A DNA stretch of 64,000 nt from a virus (taxonomy: Duplodnaviria; Caudoviricetes), in IMG/VR virus record IMGVR_UViG_3300025018_000091. One strand, given 5' to 3'. The position numbers and the translations under genes were made by a program. How positions within the stretch are numbered: the stretch's first letter is position 1; every line of letters starts with the position of its first letter. Positions 19,670 through 29,207 of this stretch are shown here, piece by piece. The notes under the pieces are model-generated. The model was not told the DNA's origin, ran no database searches, and saw only the letters and a program-made list of their open reading frames with translations.

Positions 19670-20089
19670 ATGAATAAAAAAGAATACTGGGTTACTAACA
19701 TTTGTAAAAAAAATGTGAGTTTGGCGGATTTAAATCTGACTATCAAGTCATTTACATCTGTTAACCTTCTAGATTCTAAGCATTATTATTATACGTTTGA
19801 GGAATTAGAAAAATCTAGAAAGAATGGTTCAATATTTAAAAAACGAGATAAAATAAAAGTACGAGAATTTCCTCCAGAAATGATAAAAATGGATATGCTA
19901 TGTACTCATGATACGTTTATTCCGACAAGACAGCGATCTATTTATGAGGTATCTGAACAGAAATACGAAGAATTATCTTTTATTGATGGTCAAGATAATC
20001 AGTTTGCAGAAGATGAGCGATTTGCAGAAGAAAACGCTGAATTAGCAGATCTTGACACTAAACCATTAGTTATAAAAGGAACGAATTAA
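19670..20089 (+). CDS. Hypothetical protein
   Basis: 139-aa ORF with an AAGG SD-like sequence upstream. Confidence 0.7.
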   Translation: MNKKEYWVTNICKKNVSLADLNLTIKSFTSVNLLDSKHYYYTFEELEKSRKNGSIFKKRDKIKVREFPPEMIKMDMLCTHDTFIPTRQRSIYEVSEQKYEELSFIDGQDNQFAEDERFAEENAELADLDTKPLVIKGTN

Positions 20090-20277
20090 TGTCACCACAA
20101 AGGCAACTCAGCAATTTTATTGATACTCTTCTGTTAGCATATGTATTAACTAATAATACTAAAATGCAAGAAGTTAAGAAGACAATTATAGAAGATTATA
20201 GACAACTTAATGATAAATGTGACTCTATAATACTTAAAATACAAGAAAGAAAATCGAAAGCCCCACCAAAATCATAA
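20089..20277 (+). CDS. Hypothetical protein
   Basis: 62 aa, TAATG-coupled to the previous gene. Confidence 0.5.
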   Translation: MSPQRQLSNFIDTLLLAYVLTNNTKMQEVKKTIIEDYRQLNDKCDSIILKIQERKSKAPPKS

Positions 20278-20293
20278 AAATAGGTAACAAATT

Positions 20294-20599
20294 ATGTCTG
20301 AACCAAAGATCTCCAGCCATGATCTGAGCGAACAACTCAACAAAAGAGACTTAGAAATTATTCTAGAAGTCAATAAGAAAGCTATTGAGATCGAAACTAA
20401 TGTTGCCGATCAAAATGAAGAGATAATTTCTGAACTTTCTGATTTAAAAGATAAACAAAAAGAAACTAATGAAAAAATCGATAAAATCATTAAACAAAAT
20501 GATGATTTAAGTAAAGATATCTTTAAACTTCAGGTTTTATTTGTTACCGGCTTAATTAGTCTTGTAATCCAGGTGATACAAATCTTTTTGAAGAAATGA
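20294..20599 (+). CDS. Coiled-coil protein with a C-terminal transmembrane helix
   Basis: Heptad-rich body ending in LQVLFVTGLISLVIQVIQIFLKK. Confidence 0.65.
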   Translation: MSEPKISSHDLSEQLNKRDLEIILEVNKKAIEIETNVADQNEEIISELSDLKDKQKETNEKIDKIIKQNDDLSKDIFKLQVLFVTGLISLVIQVIQIFLKK

Positions 20600-20650
20600 G
20601 TTTTTAAAGAATATCTGTGCATAATACTATATTTTCTTTAAGAGGTAATT

Positions 20651-21340
20651 ATGCAAACACAAGAAGAAGAAAAAAGAGAGAAAGCCAGACTGGCGGCAAA
20701 AAAATATAGAGAAACTCATAAAGAAAAGATTAAACGGGATCAAAAAAAATATAGAGAAACTCATAAACAACAATCTAAAGAATATCACGATAATTATTAT
20801 CAAGAAAATATAGAAAAATTTCAAGAATATTCTAAACAACAATATGAAAATAATAAAGATGAGATTATTGGTAGATCTAGAGAATATTATCTAAAAAATA
20901 AGCGGCTAATTAAAGAGCAAAGAGATTTACATAAAGGTGAAAAATCTTTATACAATAAAAAACACTATTTAAATAATCGTGATGAGTTACTTGAATATCA
21001 TAGAAAACAAAATAAAACCCTACGTGGCAGATTTAGAACTACAAAGGGACATGCCAAGAAAAGAAATTTAGAATTTAATTTAACATTTGAACAGTATTCA
21101 GAAATTGCCATTAAACCATGCTATTATTGTAATGATCATTTTAGAATCGAAATAGGTACAGGTTCAGGAATAGATAGAGTTATTAATACAGAAGGTTATC
21201 ATATTAATAATATTGTTTCTTGTTGTGCTCATTGTAACTACTTAAAGAGAAATATATACAATGTAGAACAAACTAAAGCAATGGTAGATACACTAATAAA
21301 ATTAGAGGTATCTATGACATCTTTAGATACCTCTAACTAA
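20651..21340 (+). mobile_element. HNH-type endonuclease
   Basis: Basic repeats (KKYRETHK x2) then CYYC...GIDRV...GYHINNIVSCCAHCNYLK. AGAGG SD upstream. Confidence 0.8.
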
Positions 21341-21348
21341 ATAAGTTT

Positions 21349-21582
21349 TTAGTGTTTTAATACTATAACTTCTGTGGCTTTAGGGTCTCCATTTTTATTG
21401 GTTCCTAAGCCAAAGGATACTTTTTGCCCTTTGTAAAGCGTTTTAAATCCTTCACATTCTACATCTGAAAAGTGAACAAACAAATCTTTTTGCTTAGTTC
21501 CATTTTGTTCCCATTCAATAAAACCAAAACCACGCTTAGGGTCGAACCAAATTACTTCACCTAGTATTTTATTATCAGTCAT
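21349..21582 (-). CDS. csp: Cold-shock domain protein (RNA chaperone)
   Basis: GEVIWFDPKRGFGFI (RNP1) and DLFVHFS (RNP2), followed by EGFKTL...GQKVSF. Confidence 0.95.
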   Translation of the reverse strand: MTDNKILGEVIWFDPKRGFGFIEWEQNGTKQKDLFVHFSDVECEGFKTLYKGQKVSFGLGTNKNGDPKATEVIVLKH

Positions 21583-21591
21583 TGTGTTTCC

Positions 21592-21873
21592 TTAATCATC
21601 TTTCGCTACAAGCTCACCGTTTACAAACAATTCGCCACCGCCCCCAAGGAGTCTATAAACTTCATAAGCCCCAAGTTTACCAATATCTATTCTTTCTTTT
21701 TCATTAGTACAATTACGTAGTAATTTATCATATTTTTCAAGCAGTAATTTCATATCACCTTCGCACCCAACTAATCTTGCATGCTTTAGTAATCTATAAC
21801 GTGTTTCTTTTTCAGGCAAAATCTTATCACTTAAATTTTTGGGATCTGTTGCATCAATTTTATAACTCATCAC
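21592..21873 (-). CDS. Hypothetical protein
   Basis: 93-aa ORF in the co-directional run. Confidence 0.6.
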   Translation of the reverse strand: MMSYKIDATDPKNLSDKILPEKETRYRLLKHARLVGCEGDMKLLLEKYDKLLRNCTNEKERIDIGKLGAYEVYRLLGGGGELFVNGELVAKDD

Positions 21874-22199
21874 TTCTCTCCATCAAATAACTTAAAAGAT
21901 TTTGGTTTAAAAGTAACAATTGGGCTATCAATACCTTCTATATTTCTTTTCCCATCTAATTCATATACTAAAGTTCTTTTATTGGGTGGTTTTGTAGATG
22001 GAAAAACACCAATTATCTTTAAACGACCACTATGCAAATACGCATGATGGTTAGCACATAAAATAGCCAAATTAAATTCATGATTTGTAGTATTTTCTTC
22101 TGTTCGTTCAATAATATGATGAAAATGTAAAAGATTAGGATCGTTTACTTCACACGACTCTATCTCACATTTATTTTTAATTAACTTACTCTTTCTCAT
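21870..22199 (-). CDS. Small HNH endonuclease
   Basis: CEIESC...HFHHII...NLAILCANHHAYLH. Confidence 0.75.
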   Translation of the reverse strand: MRKSKLIKNKCEIESCEVNDPNLLHFHHIIERTEENTTNHEFNLAILCANHHAYLHSGRLKIIGVFPSTKPPNKRTLVYELDGKRNIEGIDSPIVTFKPKSFKLFDGEK

Positions 22200-22217
22200 A
22201 TACTTACTTATATCAAG

Positions 22218-22535
22218 TTATCTAATGCCCCACGCCTCAATTCGCACAACCCCAGTTCCTCTAAACCAAATTTTAGAAATTACTCTATTTTCAAACACAA
22301 GACTCTCACTAGAATACGTTGCAGTCATATCTCCATGCAATGTGTCTCCATTAAATGAGTATTCTAATGGTCCATCACTCTCTAGCTGAAATGTTACCGA
22401 ATAAGTTGAAAATGGAATTAAAACTTGACAATTAGTTGGAAAATAACCATCTGTTATTGCAACACTTAATTTGTTGAAATAATTAAAATCTTTTCCGTAA
22501 TCTATTTTTCCATAAGGATTTGAAAAATCTGACAT
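22218..22535 (-). CDS. Small beta-rich protein, probably virion-associated
   Basis: 105 aa, beta-strand pattern, one DGY motif. AGGTAGGA SD upstream. Confidence 0.5.
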   Translation of the reverse strand: MSDFSNPYGKIDYGKDFNYFNKLSVAITDGYFPTNCQVLIPFSTYSVTFQLESDGPLEYSFNGDTLHGDMTATYSSESLVFENRVISKIWFRGTGVVRIEAWGIR

Positions 22536-22582
22536 TGTTCCTACCTTGAGTATGTATAAGTATTACTATTTATTAGCTGATT

Positions 22583-23452
22583 TCACAATATAATTGGAGT
22601 TGCTGATTCTTCATATCCAACATTAAGTAACATTTCTACATTATTTGGATCAAAATCTAATGAACTATCTATATTAAACATTTTATGTGGTTGTAGCAAT
22701 CTAATCTTAATGTTTTTATATGTCTCTCCTAATTTTGCTAAATCATTTTTCAACCCACAAACCTTCAAATCTGCCCTAATTATTTCATCACTCATAATAT
22801 CAACCGCTCGTAAAGCATAATCTGGTAATGCATGTTGTTTTTCTGTATTCCAATTAGATGGTAAATCTGGATTGCTACACATTATAATATCTATTTCTGT
22901 AGCACCTAAACGAATAGCCTCTCCTAATGGAGTTACATTTCTTAAACCACCATCAGACCATAGTCTTCCATTAATTTCTACTGGTAACATAAATACCGGA
23001 AAACTTGAAGACGCCGCTACCCATTTATCAAAATCTGGATCATTTTCACTTGCCATATAATATTCACCAGTATCCCAAGCAACTGCTCCAACCCTTACCG
23101 ATCTCCCTGATTCACTAATCGCCTTATTATCTAACTCTAAATTAATCCATTTTAATAAAGGACTAGAATCATAAACAGACGGCTTCCATAATGATGCCAA
23201 CCTCCCCCAAAATATCCAATCTTTTCTTACATTATCATTATTAACCCTACTCCATAATTTTGATAAAACATTTATAGATTGTTCTGGATTGCCATATGGA
23301 ATCTGAGATAAACAAGCTACATTTATCGCTCCAACACTGACTCCACATAATATTTCATAATCAATTTTATCTTCACCCATCCATCGTTTTAATGCACCAA
23401 CTTGATATGCTCCCTTAACCGCACCGCCAGATAATACTAACGCTTTTTTCAC
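22583..23452 (-). CDS. Patatin-like phospholipase
   Basis: SGGAVKG oxyanion loop, GVSVG nucleophile elbow, DGG catalytic Asp motif. Confidence 0.92.
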   Translation of the reverse strand: MKKALVLSGGAVKGAYQVGALKRWMGEDKIDYEILCGVSVGAINVACLSQIPYGNPEQSINVLSKLWSRVNNDNVRKDWIFWGRLASLWKPSVYDSSPLLKWINLELDNKAISESGRSVRVGAVAWDTGEYYMASENDPDFDKWVAASSSFPVFMLPVEINGRLWSDGGLRNVTPLGEAIRLGATEIDIIMCSNPDLPSNWNTEKQHALPDYALRAVDIMSDEIIRADLKVCGLKNDLAKLGETYKNIKIRLLQPHKMFNIDSSLDFDPNNVEMLLNVGYEESATPIIL

Positions 23453-24231
23453 AGAAGACTCCGTTTCGAATATTGTTCCAAAATCTTGATTATTCTAAAT
23501 GATAACTTTAATCCCAATCTATAGTCATCAATACCATTAATAACATCCATAAATACCTCTAAAGCATTTGACAATGGTTTTGATGAGGACGGAATAGAAT
23601 CATCATAAACATATCTTGGATACGAATCTATTGACAATTTTCTTTGTTTAAATAACCCCCCATTACCAACAATACTAATAGTTTTTAATTTATCAAACAG
23701 TAATTCAATACTATAAATCTCTCCATTTAGATATGGATACTTATTAATGTAAACTGATTTAGGATCTTTGTTTAACAAATCCAATATCATAGATAAATCA
23801 TGAGGACCATAATCCCATAAACTAGAGTAATCTCTATAAGGACCAGTATTAAATCCTGCTGAAGAAATACTCTTAATAGAATTAATATCAATTACGTTTT
23901 TTATATATTGATATTGTTTAGAAAACAAATGAATATGATTTACCAATATTGGTGCTGAAAATTTCTCTAATTCCATAGCTTCAGATAAAGATAAGCTCAA
24001 TGGCTTTTCAATCATAGTTGGAATATCTTTTTCTAATGAATAACTGGCAATCTCTATATGAGATTGCGGAGGCGTACAAACAATCACACCATCAGGATTT
24101 TCATCTATTAATTGCTTCCAGTTATGTCGGTTTGCAACAGTTAAATTAACATTAAAATCTTCTAATGTTTTAATATAGTTTTTACCCCAAACTCCAGAAC
24201 CAATTAGCAATAATTTAGTGCTTGGCATCAT
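23449..24231 (-). CDS. Gfo/Idh/MocA-family oxidoreductase (possible sugar ketoreductase)
   Basis: LLIGSGVWG Rossmann motif, IEKP motif, DYGPHD motif. Confidence 0.85.
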   Translation of the reverse strand: MMPSTKLLLIGSGVWGKNYIKTLEDFNVNLTVANRHNWKQLIDENPDGVIVCTPPQSHIEIASYSLEKDIPTMIEKPLSLSLSEAMELEKFSAPILVNHIHLFSKQYQYIKNVIDINSIKSISSAGFNTGPYRDYSSLWDYGPHDLSMILDLLNKDPKSVYINKYPYLNGEIYSIELLFDKLKTISIVGNGGLFKQRKLSIDSYPRYVYDDSIPSSSKPLSNALEVFMDVINGIDDYRLGLKLSFRIIKILEQYSKRSLL

Positions 24232-25150
24232 CTAAATACCAATTAACACATTCTTCCAAACCTTTTTCAAAAGTATAGCTTGGTTTCCATCCTAATTCTA
24301 AAATCTTAGAGTTATCTATAGAATATCTAAAATCATGTCCGGGTCTATCCGCAACATGTTTTATTAAATCTCCACTATACCCTATAAGATAACAGATATT
24401 AGTAACCATCTCTACATTAGTACACTCATTGCCAGATCCAATATTGTAAATTTCATTTACTTTACCATTATTTATTAAAAACATAATAGCGTTACAATGA
24501 TCATTAACATACAACCATTCTCGTATTTGTTCTCCGCTACCATGTATAGGTATGTTTTGGCGAGCCAAAACTGATGTTATTATTTTGGGAACAAGGTTCC
24601 TTGGTGGCTGGCGCGGTCCAAAATTATTACAGCACCTGGTAATAATATAATTTAAACCATGGGTTTGATTGGCTGCCTTAACAATTAATTCACCAGCTGC
24701 CTTAGATGCTGAATATGGATTCCTTGGATTAATTGGATCTTTTTCCGTCCACGATTTATCATGTTGAGATTCTAATTGTCCATATACCTCATCTGTGCTA
24801 ACATACATTAGCTTTTCAACATGAAACTTCATACACATATCAACAACAATTTGGGTTCCAAGAACATTTGAATGTATAAATGGCAATGCTTTTTTAATGG
24901 AATTGTCAACAAACGATTCTGCAGCACCATGAATAACAATATCTGGTTTTTCTATCGCAAATACTCTATCCATAAAATGAACATCAGCAATATCACCAAT
25001 ATGTAGTTTATATTTCGGATCAACATTTTTTAAATTATGTTCTTCAATAAGCTTATCAACGCCTACAAATTCATAATCTACATTTTTAATTGTTCTAACA
25101 AAATTAGAAAATATAAAACCACAGGTACCAGTTACTAATACTTTCTTCAT
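24215..25150 (-). CDS. rfbB: dTDP-glucose 4,6-dehydratase
   Basis: VTGTCGFI, STDEVYG, PYSASK, NNFGP, DRPGHDFRY. Start MKKV at 25150 is ATGA-coupled to the previous gene (track gives 25192). Confidence 0.9.
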   Translation of the reverse strand: MKKVLVTGTCGFIFSNFVRTIKNVDYEFVGVDKLIEEHNLKNVDPKYKLHIGDIADVHFMDRVFAIEKPDIVIHGAAESFVDNSIKKALPFIHSNVLGTQIVVDMCMKFHVEKLMYVSTDEVYGQLESQHDKSWTEKDPINPRNPYSASKAAGELIVKAANQTHGLNYIITRCCNNFGPRQPPRNLVPKIITSVLARQNIPIHGSGEQIREWLYVNDHCNAIMFLINNGKVNEIYNIGSGNECTNVEMVTNICYLIGYSGDLIKHVADRPGHDFRYSIDNSKILELGWKPSYTFEKGLEECVNWYLDDAKH

Positions 25151-26358
25151 ATTTTTATGTACTCCGTTATTTGTGGTAATGGTATAATCCAATTTCCCTC
25201 AAATTTTTCATGATTAGACATTATAGATTCTGCAAAATTCCAACCCAATATTAAAACCCAGTCTGGTTTTCTTTTATACAATTCATCTGGAGAGTAAATT
25301 GGTATCTGCTTGCCTGGAGTAAATAATCCTTGTTTCAAAACCGCATCATCAACAGCAAAATCAATCAACGATTCATCTAAATCAAATCCATACAGCAATG
25401 TTGTGGCTTTTGCTGGAACACCATATATAGCAATAGAATATCCTTTTTCTTTTAATTTTGCTAATCTTTCAGTTAATGTCTTTTTAATTCTAGAAAACTT
25501 ATTTACAAAAAATTCTTGTTTTAAATTTATATCTTTTTCTAATTTTAATAAATCAAGAACACTATTTTCTATTTGTCTATCATCTTGACACACATACACT
25601 CTAATAGACCCGCCATGATTTGGAAGCCTCTCTACTCTATAAATATTCATTCCATGTTTTTCAAAAAAATTAGATAATGGAGTAATTGAATGTTGATGTA
25701 TATGCTCATGATAAATAATATCAAAAATACACTTTTCATACATATCAACAAGATACGTGTTTTCAAATATAAATGTACCATTATTTTGTAATAACTGTTT
25801 TACCCCAATAACAATGTTATGTAAATCTTCATTATGAGCAAACATATTATTACACGTTATAACTTTCGCCTTCCCTAAACTTGAAGATATTGTATGTGCT
25901 AAATCTGGATTGAAAAAACTACATTCAGTAGGAATCCCATTTTGTCTTGCTATTTCAACTATATTTTCAGCAGGATCAATACCCAACACATTAATTTGAT
26001 ATTCCAGAAATGGTTTAAGAAAAGTACCATCATTGCTACCAATGTCAATAACTAAATCTTCTTGTGTAAGATCAAAATCTTTAATAACACCCTTAGCATA
26101 ATCTTCAAAATGTTTTACATTAACTGAACTTGTTCCAGATACATATAGATATTTCTTAAACATTCTGTCTAAGCTTACTACACAATCTAATTGAACATGT
26201 CCGCACTCCTGACATTTTACAAGATTCAATGGAAACAAATCTTGAGTTTCTTTTTTATCAAGAAACTCATTTGCTAACGGCGTACTACCCAGAGAAAATA
26301 TCTCTTCCACATTACCTCCGCAAAGAAGGCATCGTTTTAATATATTACAATCTTTCAT
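25147..26358 (-). CDS. NDP-hexose 3-C-methyltransferase family
   Basis: N-terminal Zn motif CxxC...PLAN...CxxCGHVQL; YLYVSGTS; DIGSNDG; YHEH; HGGSIR; YGVPAKATTLL. Confidence 0.88.
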   Translation of the reverse strand: MKDCNILKRCLLCGGNVEEIFSLGSTPLANEFLDKKETQDLFPLNLVKCQECGHVQLDCVVSLDRMFKKYLYVSGTSSVNVKHFEDYAKGVIKDFDLTQEDLVIDIGSNDGTFLKPFLEYQINVLGIDPAENIVEIARQNGIPTECSFFNPDLAHTISSSLGKAKVITCNNMFAHNEDLHNIVIGVKQLLQNNGTFIFENTYLVDMYEKCIFDIIYHEHIHQHSITPLSNFFEKHGMNIYRVERLPNHGGSIRVYVCQDDRQIENSVLDLLKLEKDINLKQEFFVNKFSRIKKTLTERLAKLKEKGYSIAIYGVPAKATTLLYGFDLDESLIDFAVDDAVLKQGLFTPGKQIPIYSPDELYKRKPDWVLILGWNFAESIMSNHEKFEGNWIIPLPQITEYIKI

Positions 26359-26359
26359 T

Positions 26360-26779
26360 TTAAAATTCTACTCTTACTAAATCTTGTTCATGATGCTCAT
26401 GATCTCTAATATTTTTTGCAAATGAAACCATAACAGTATCTTCTAAAAATTCAGTTTTATGAACTTGCATTGGTGGAGTAAAAACCATTTGTCCAGCTGT
26501 AACTAATAATGGATCAACATCACCAGAACCTTCAACATCTCTTTCATAATAATTCATAGAACCAGAAATAATATATAAATAATGCCAATCTGTTTTATGA
26601 TAATGATTTGATCTTACCGTTCCCGCTTTACTTGTAATTATTGCAACGCTATTAATTGGTATTAATAATAGATTTTGAATAACCCCTCTTTTATCTATAA
26701 AAGGAGCATCTAAAGGTATAATTTTTTCTACAGGATAATAACCTTTATCGATTGCTTCTGTAATTTCTCTGTTATTCAA
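26360..26779 (-). CDS. Cupin, NDP-sugar isomerase/epimerase-like (FdtA/RmlC fold)
   Basis: DKRG, VRSNHYHK, HYLYIISG motifs. Confidence 0.7.
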   Translation of the reverse strand: MNNREITEAIDKGYYPVEKIIPLDAPFIDKRGVIQNLLLIPINSVAIITSKAGTVRSNHYHKTDWHYLYIISGSMNYYERDVEGSGDVDPLLVTAGQMVFTPPMQVHKTEFLEDTVMVSFAKNIRDHEHHEQDLVRVEF

Positions 26780-26780
26780 A

Positions 26781-27911
26781 TCATCCTACTTTCTTGTTTG
26801 CAGAAATTACATCCTGCATTTTTAAAGCAATTTTTTCCCAAGAATGTTTATAAGCAAATATTCTGCACTTATCTATAACACTATCTGCAAACCTTTTGTC
26901 TGTAAGACCTTTGATAACTGCATTAGTAAATTCTTCTAAATGATCCCTAACTGGACTTTTTATAACAATTGCTCCAGAATTATTATAGATTGAGCCTAAA
27001 CAATCAGCATCCGTAATAACTGGCACCGAAAACCCTGCTAAATTTTCAAGTGTACTTACTGAAAATCCTTCACTAAATGTAGCGAGATCGGCTGGATATG
27101 CAAATACAGACGCTTCACTTACTTCTTGAGCTAATTGCCTCCTATTTACTGATCCTACAAATTCAACATCTAAAGGCTTTAATTTTTTAATGGCTTCTCT
27201 AACATATCTAACTCTATTTGCTATTTCAACCATATAAGGTTGCAATGTTGTACAATTAGGTTCGATTGACATAAGATTATCAAACTCAAAATGATAAAAA
27301 ATACGCAAATTAGCTTCTGGTACGGCTGCTTTTATCTTAGACCATTCTTGAAGTAACCAATGAAGTCCTCTATCAGCAGATGACGTCCAAATCACTCTAC
27401 CAGGAACTCTTTTATCAGAATAAATAGAAGGATCGCACCCTAATGGAACAACTCCCCATTTACCAGGATTTACTAATTGCTTGGTCAAATGTTCTAAAAG
27501 CATTTGACTAGGAGCCAACCATAAATCTACAACTTCATCAAATCCAGCTTGACAAAAATTAAAATCATTCAAGAATTGCCAACATACTTTTAATGCATTT
27601 GTTTTTAATGCTCTCAAAGCATCAGGTTCATTAATAGATAATACAACATCAAAACTATCATCAATAATTTTGGTTCTTTCACCATAGTTATAGAGTTTTA
27701 CATTTTCCCAAACAGAAGGTTTGTTATGTGGTTCTGCATGCACTGTAAATAAAGACACATCATTGCCTAATTTCTGTAATTCCTTACTAATCATGACAGT
27801 GCTAAGATCTGTACCTGTTAAACCTCTTGGATTTATCCAAATATTCTCATAATGAAAATCTAATGGACGAGAACCAACACTAAATATACCTAAGATAATG
27901 GCAACTTTCAT
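26781..27911 (-). CDS. Glycosyltransferase, GT-B fold (GT4-like)
   Basis: GLTGTD N-terminal motif, SSADRG, and EGFSVSTLE (ExxxxxxxE motif). Confidence 0.85.
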   Translation of the reverse strand: MKVAIILGIFSVGSRPLDFHYENIWINPRGLTGTDLSTVMISKELQKLGNDVSLFTVHAEPHNKPSVWENVKLYNYGERTKIIDDSFDVVLSINEPDALRALKTNALKVCWQFLNDFNFCQAGFDEVVDLWLAPSQMLLEHLTKQLVNPGKWGVVPLGCDPSIYSDKRVPGRVIWTSSADRGLHWLLQEWSKIKAAVPEANLRIFYHFEFDNLMSIEPNCTTLQPYMVEIANRVRYVREAIKKLKPLDVEFVGSVNRRQLAQEVSEASVFAYPADLATFSEGFSVSTLENLAGFSVPVITDADCLGSIYNNSGAIVIKSPVRDHLEEFTNAVIKGLTDKRFADSVIDKCRIFAYKHSWEKIALKMQDVISANKKVG

Positions 27912-27914
27912 AAG

Positions 27915-29207
27915 TTATTCCTTTGGAAAAGCATATAACATAACACAAGGATCTCTTTGTATTTCTTCGAATTCATAATTTCCTAAAGACGATATCATCT
28001 TTTTTATATTAGGAACTATTTTAGAATCTAAAAATATATGGCATTCAACAAATAGTTTTGGTTTAAATCTACTAATTGTTAGCATGCCGCCTTTTATAAC
28101 ATGCTCTTCTGCGCCCTCAACATCTATTTTTATCCAATCAAGCTTATTAATCATGTTTGTTTTAGTAAGTTGATCTAAAGTTTTCATGCTATAATCTTCT
28201 GAAATAGAGAACTTTGGCCAATGTGGAGCATATTCCTTCATATCAACCGTTGTTTCTGAACTCCATAAGCCAATATTAAAAGCAAAACATTTATCTTGCC
28301 AATTATTTAATTCTATATTTGAAACAAGATCGCAATATACTGATTTTTCAGGTTCAAATGCATAAACTGTTGCTCCCATTGCTCTCGCAGTTAATGCATA
28401 TGAGCCATATGATGCCCCAATATCAAAAACAACATCATCCGATTTTATTTTCCAATATTTATCTCTCAATTCTGCTTCTTCTGAATCAAAAGTAAAATAA
28501 GAATAATCTGGATGAGTGCTGCCCTTCATTATTTCAAATTGATTGCCATTAAAAATCTGTTTTTTAGTTTCCATTTGTTTTCCCATAGCATTTAAAGCAT
28601 TTTGTATCTGCTCTCTGGAATAAAGATTCATTTTTCTTATTGGAAATTTGCCATTTTGATCTGAATCATCAATAAAATCTATTGGGTCTGGAAAATTAAA
28701 TGGTTCCAACTTCCAATTTATCTCTTTAAAATCACCATCTGCTAAAAGATTAATATTTTTAATACAATTAGGATGATTACTCATCAAAATATAAGGTATA
28801 TTACTTCTTACAAAATTTGATAATGCAGCGACTTTATTTTTTGTTGATAAATGAAACAAACAATCTCGGCAAAATAATAAATCTGCCATTGGCAAAACAT
28901 CTTCTGTTATATCTAAATGAACAAACTCTTTATCTGGATAATTCTGTTTATTAAATTCTATTTGACTAAGTACAATATCAGCTCCAATATATTTAATATT
29001 GCCAAATTTTAAAGTACTCATCCAGTTAAAATTACCACATGGACAATCAAAAATACTTTTGATATTATGTTTAATTAAAAATGGAATAAAACCATGTCTA
29101 ATACTAAATGTATAATCTAATGTACTGCCAGGTCCACAATGACCGTCTGCTTTATAGTCTTTAGTTATATCATATTTTTTGGATATTTGTTCTAGAATCT
29201 TATTCAT
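27915..29207 (-). CDS. Double methyltransferase: class I SAM-MTase fused to an FkbM-family MTase
   Basis: N-domain CGPGS...IFDCPCG...IGADIV; C-domain VFDIGASYG...IKIDVEGAE. Start MNK at 29207 is TAATG-coupled. Confidence 0.8.
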   Translation of the reverse strand: MNKILEQISKKYDITKDYKADGHCGPGSTLDYTFSIRHGFIPFLIKHNIKSIFDCPCGNFNWMSTLKFGNIKYIGADIVLSQIEFNKQNYPDKEFVHLDITEDVLPMADLLFCRDCLFHLSTKNKVAALSNFVRSNIPYILMSNHPNCIKNINLLADGDFKEINWKLEPFNFPDPIDFIDDSDQNGKFPIRKMNLYSREQIQNALNAMGKQMETKKQIFNGNQFEIMKGSTHPDYSYFTFDSEEAELRDKYWKIKSDDVVFDIGASYGSYALTARAMGATVYAFEPEKSVYCDLVSNIELNNWQDKCFAFNIGLWSSETTVDMKEYAPHWPKFSISEDYSMKTLDQLTKTNMINKLDWIKIDVEGAEEHVIKGGMLTISRFKPKLFVECHIFLDSKIVPNIKKMISSLGNYEFEEIQRDPCVMLYAFPKE

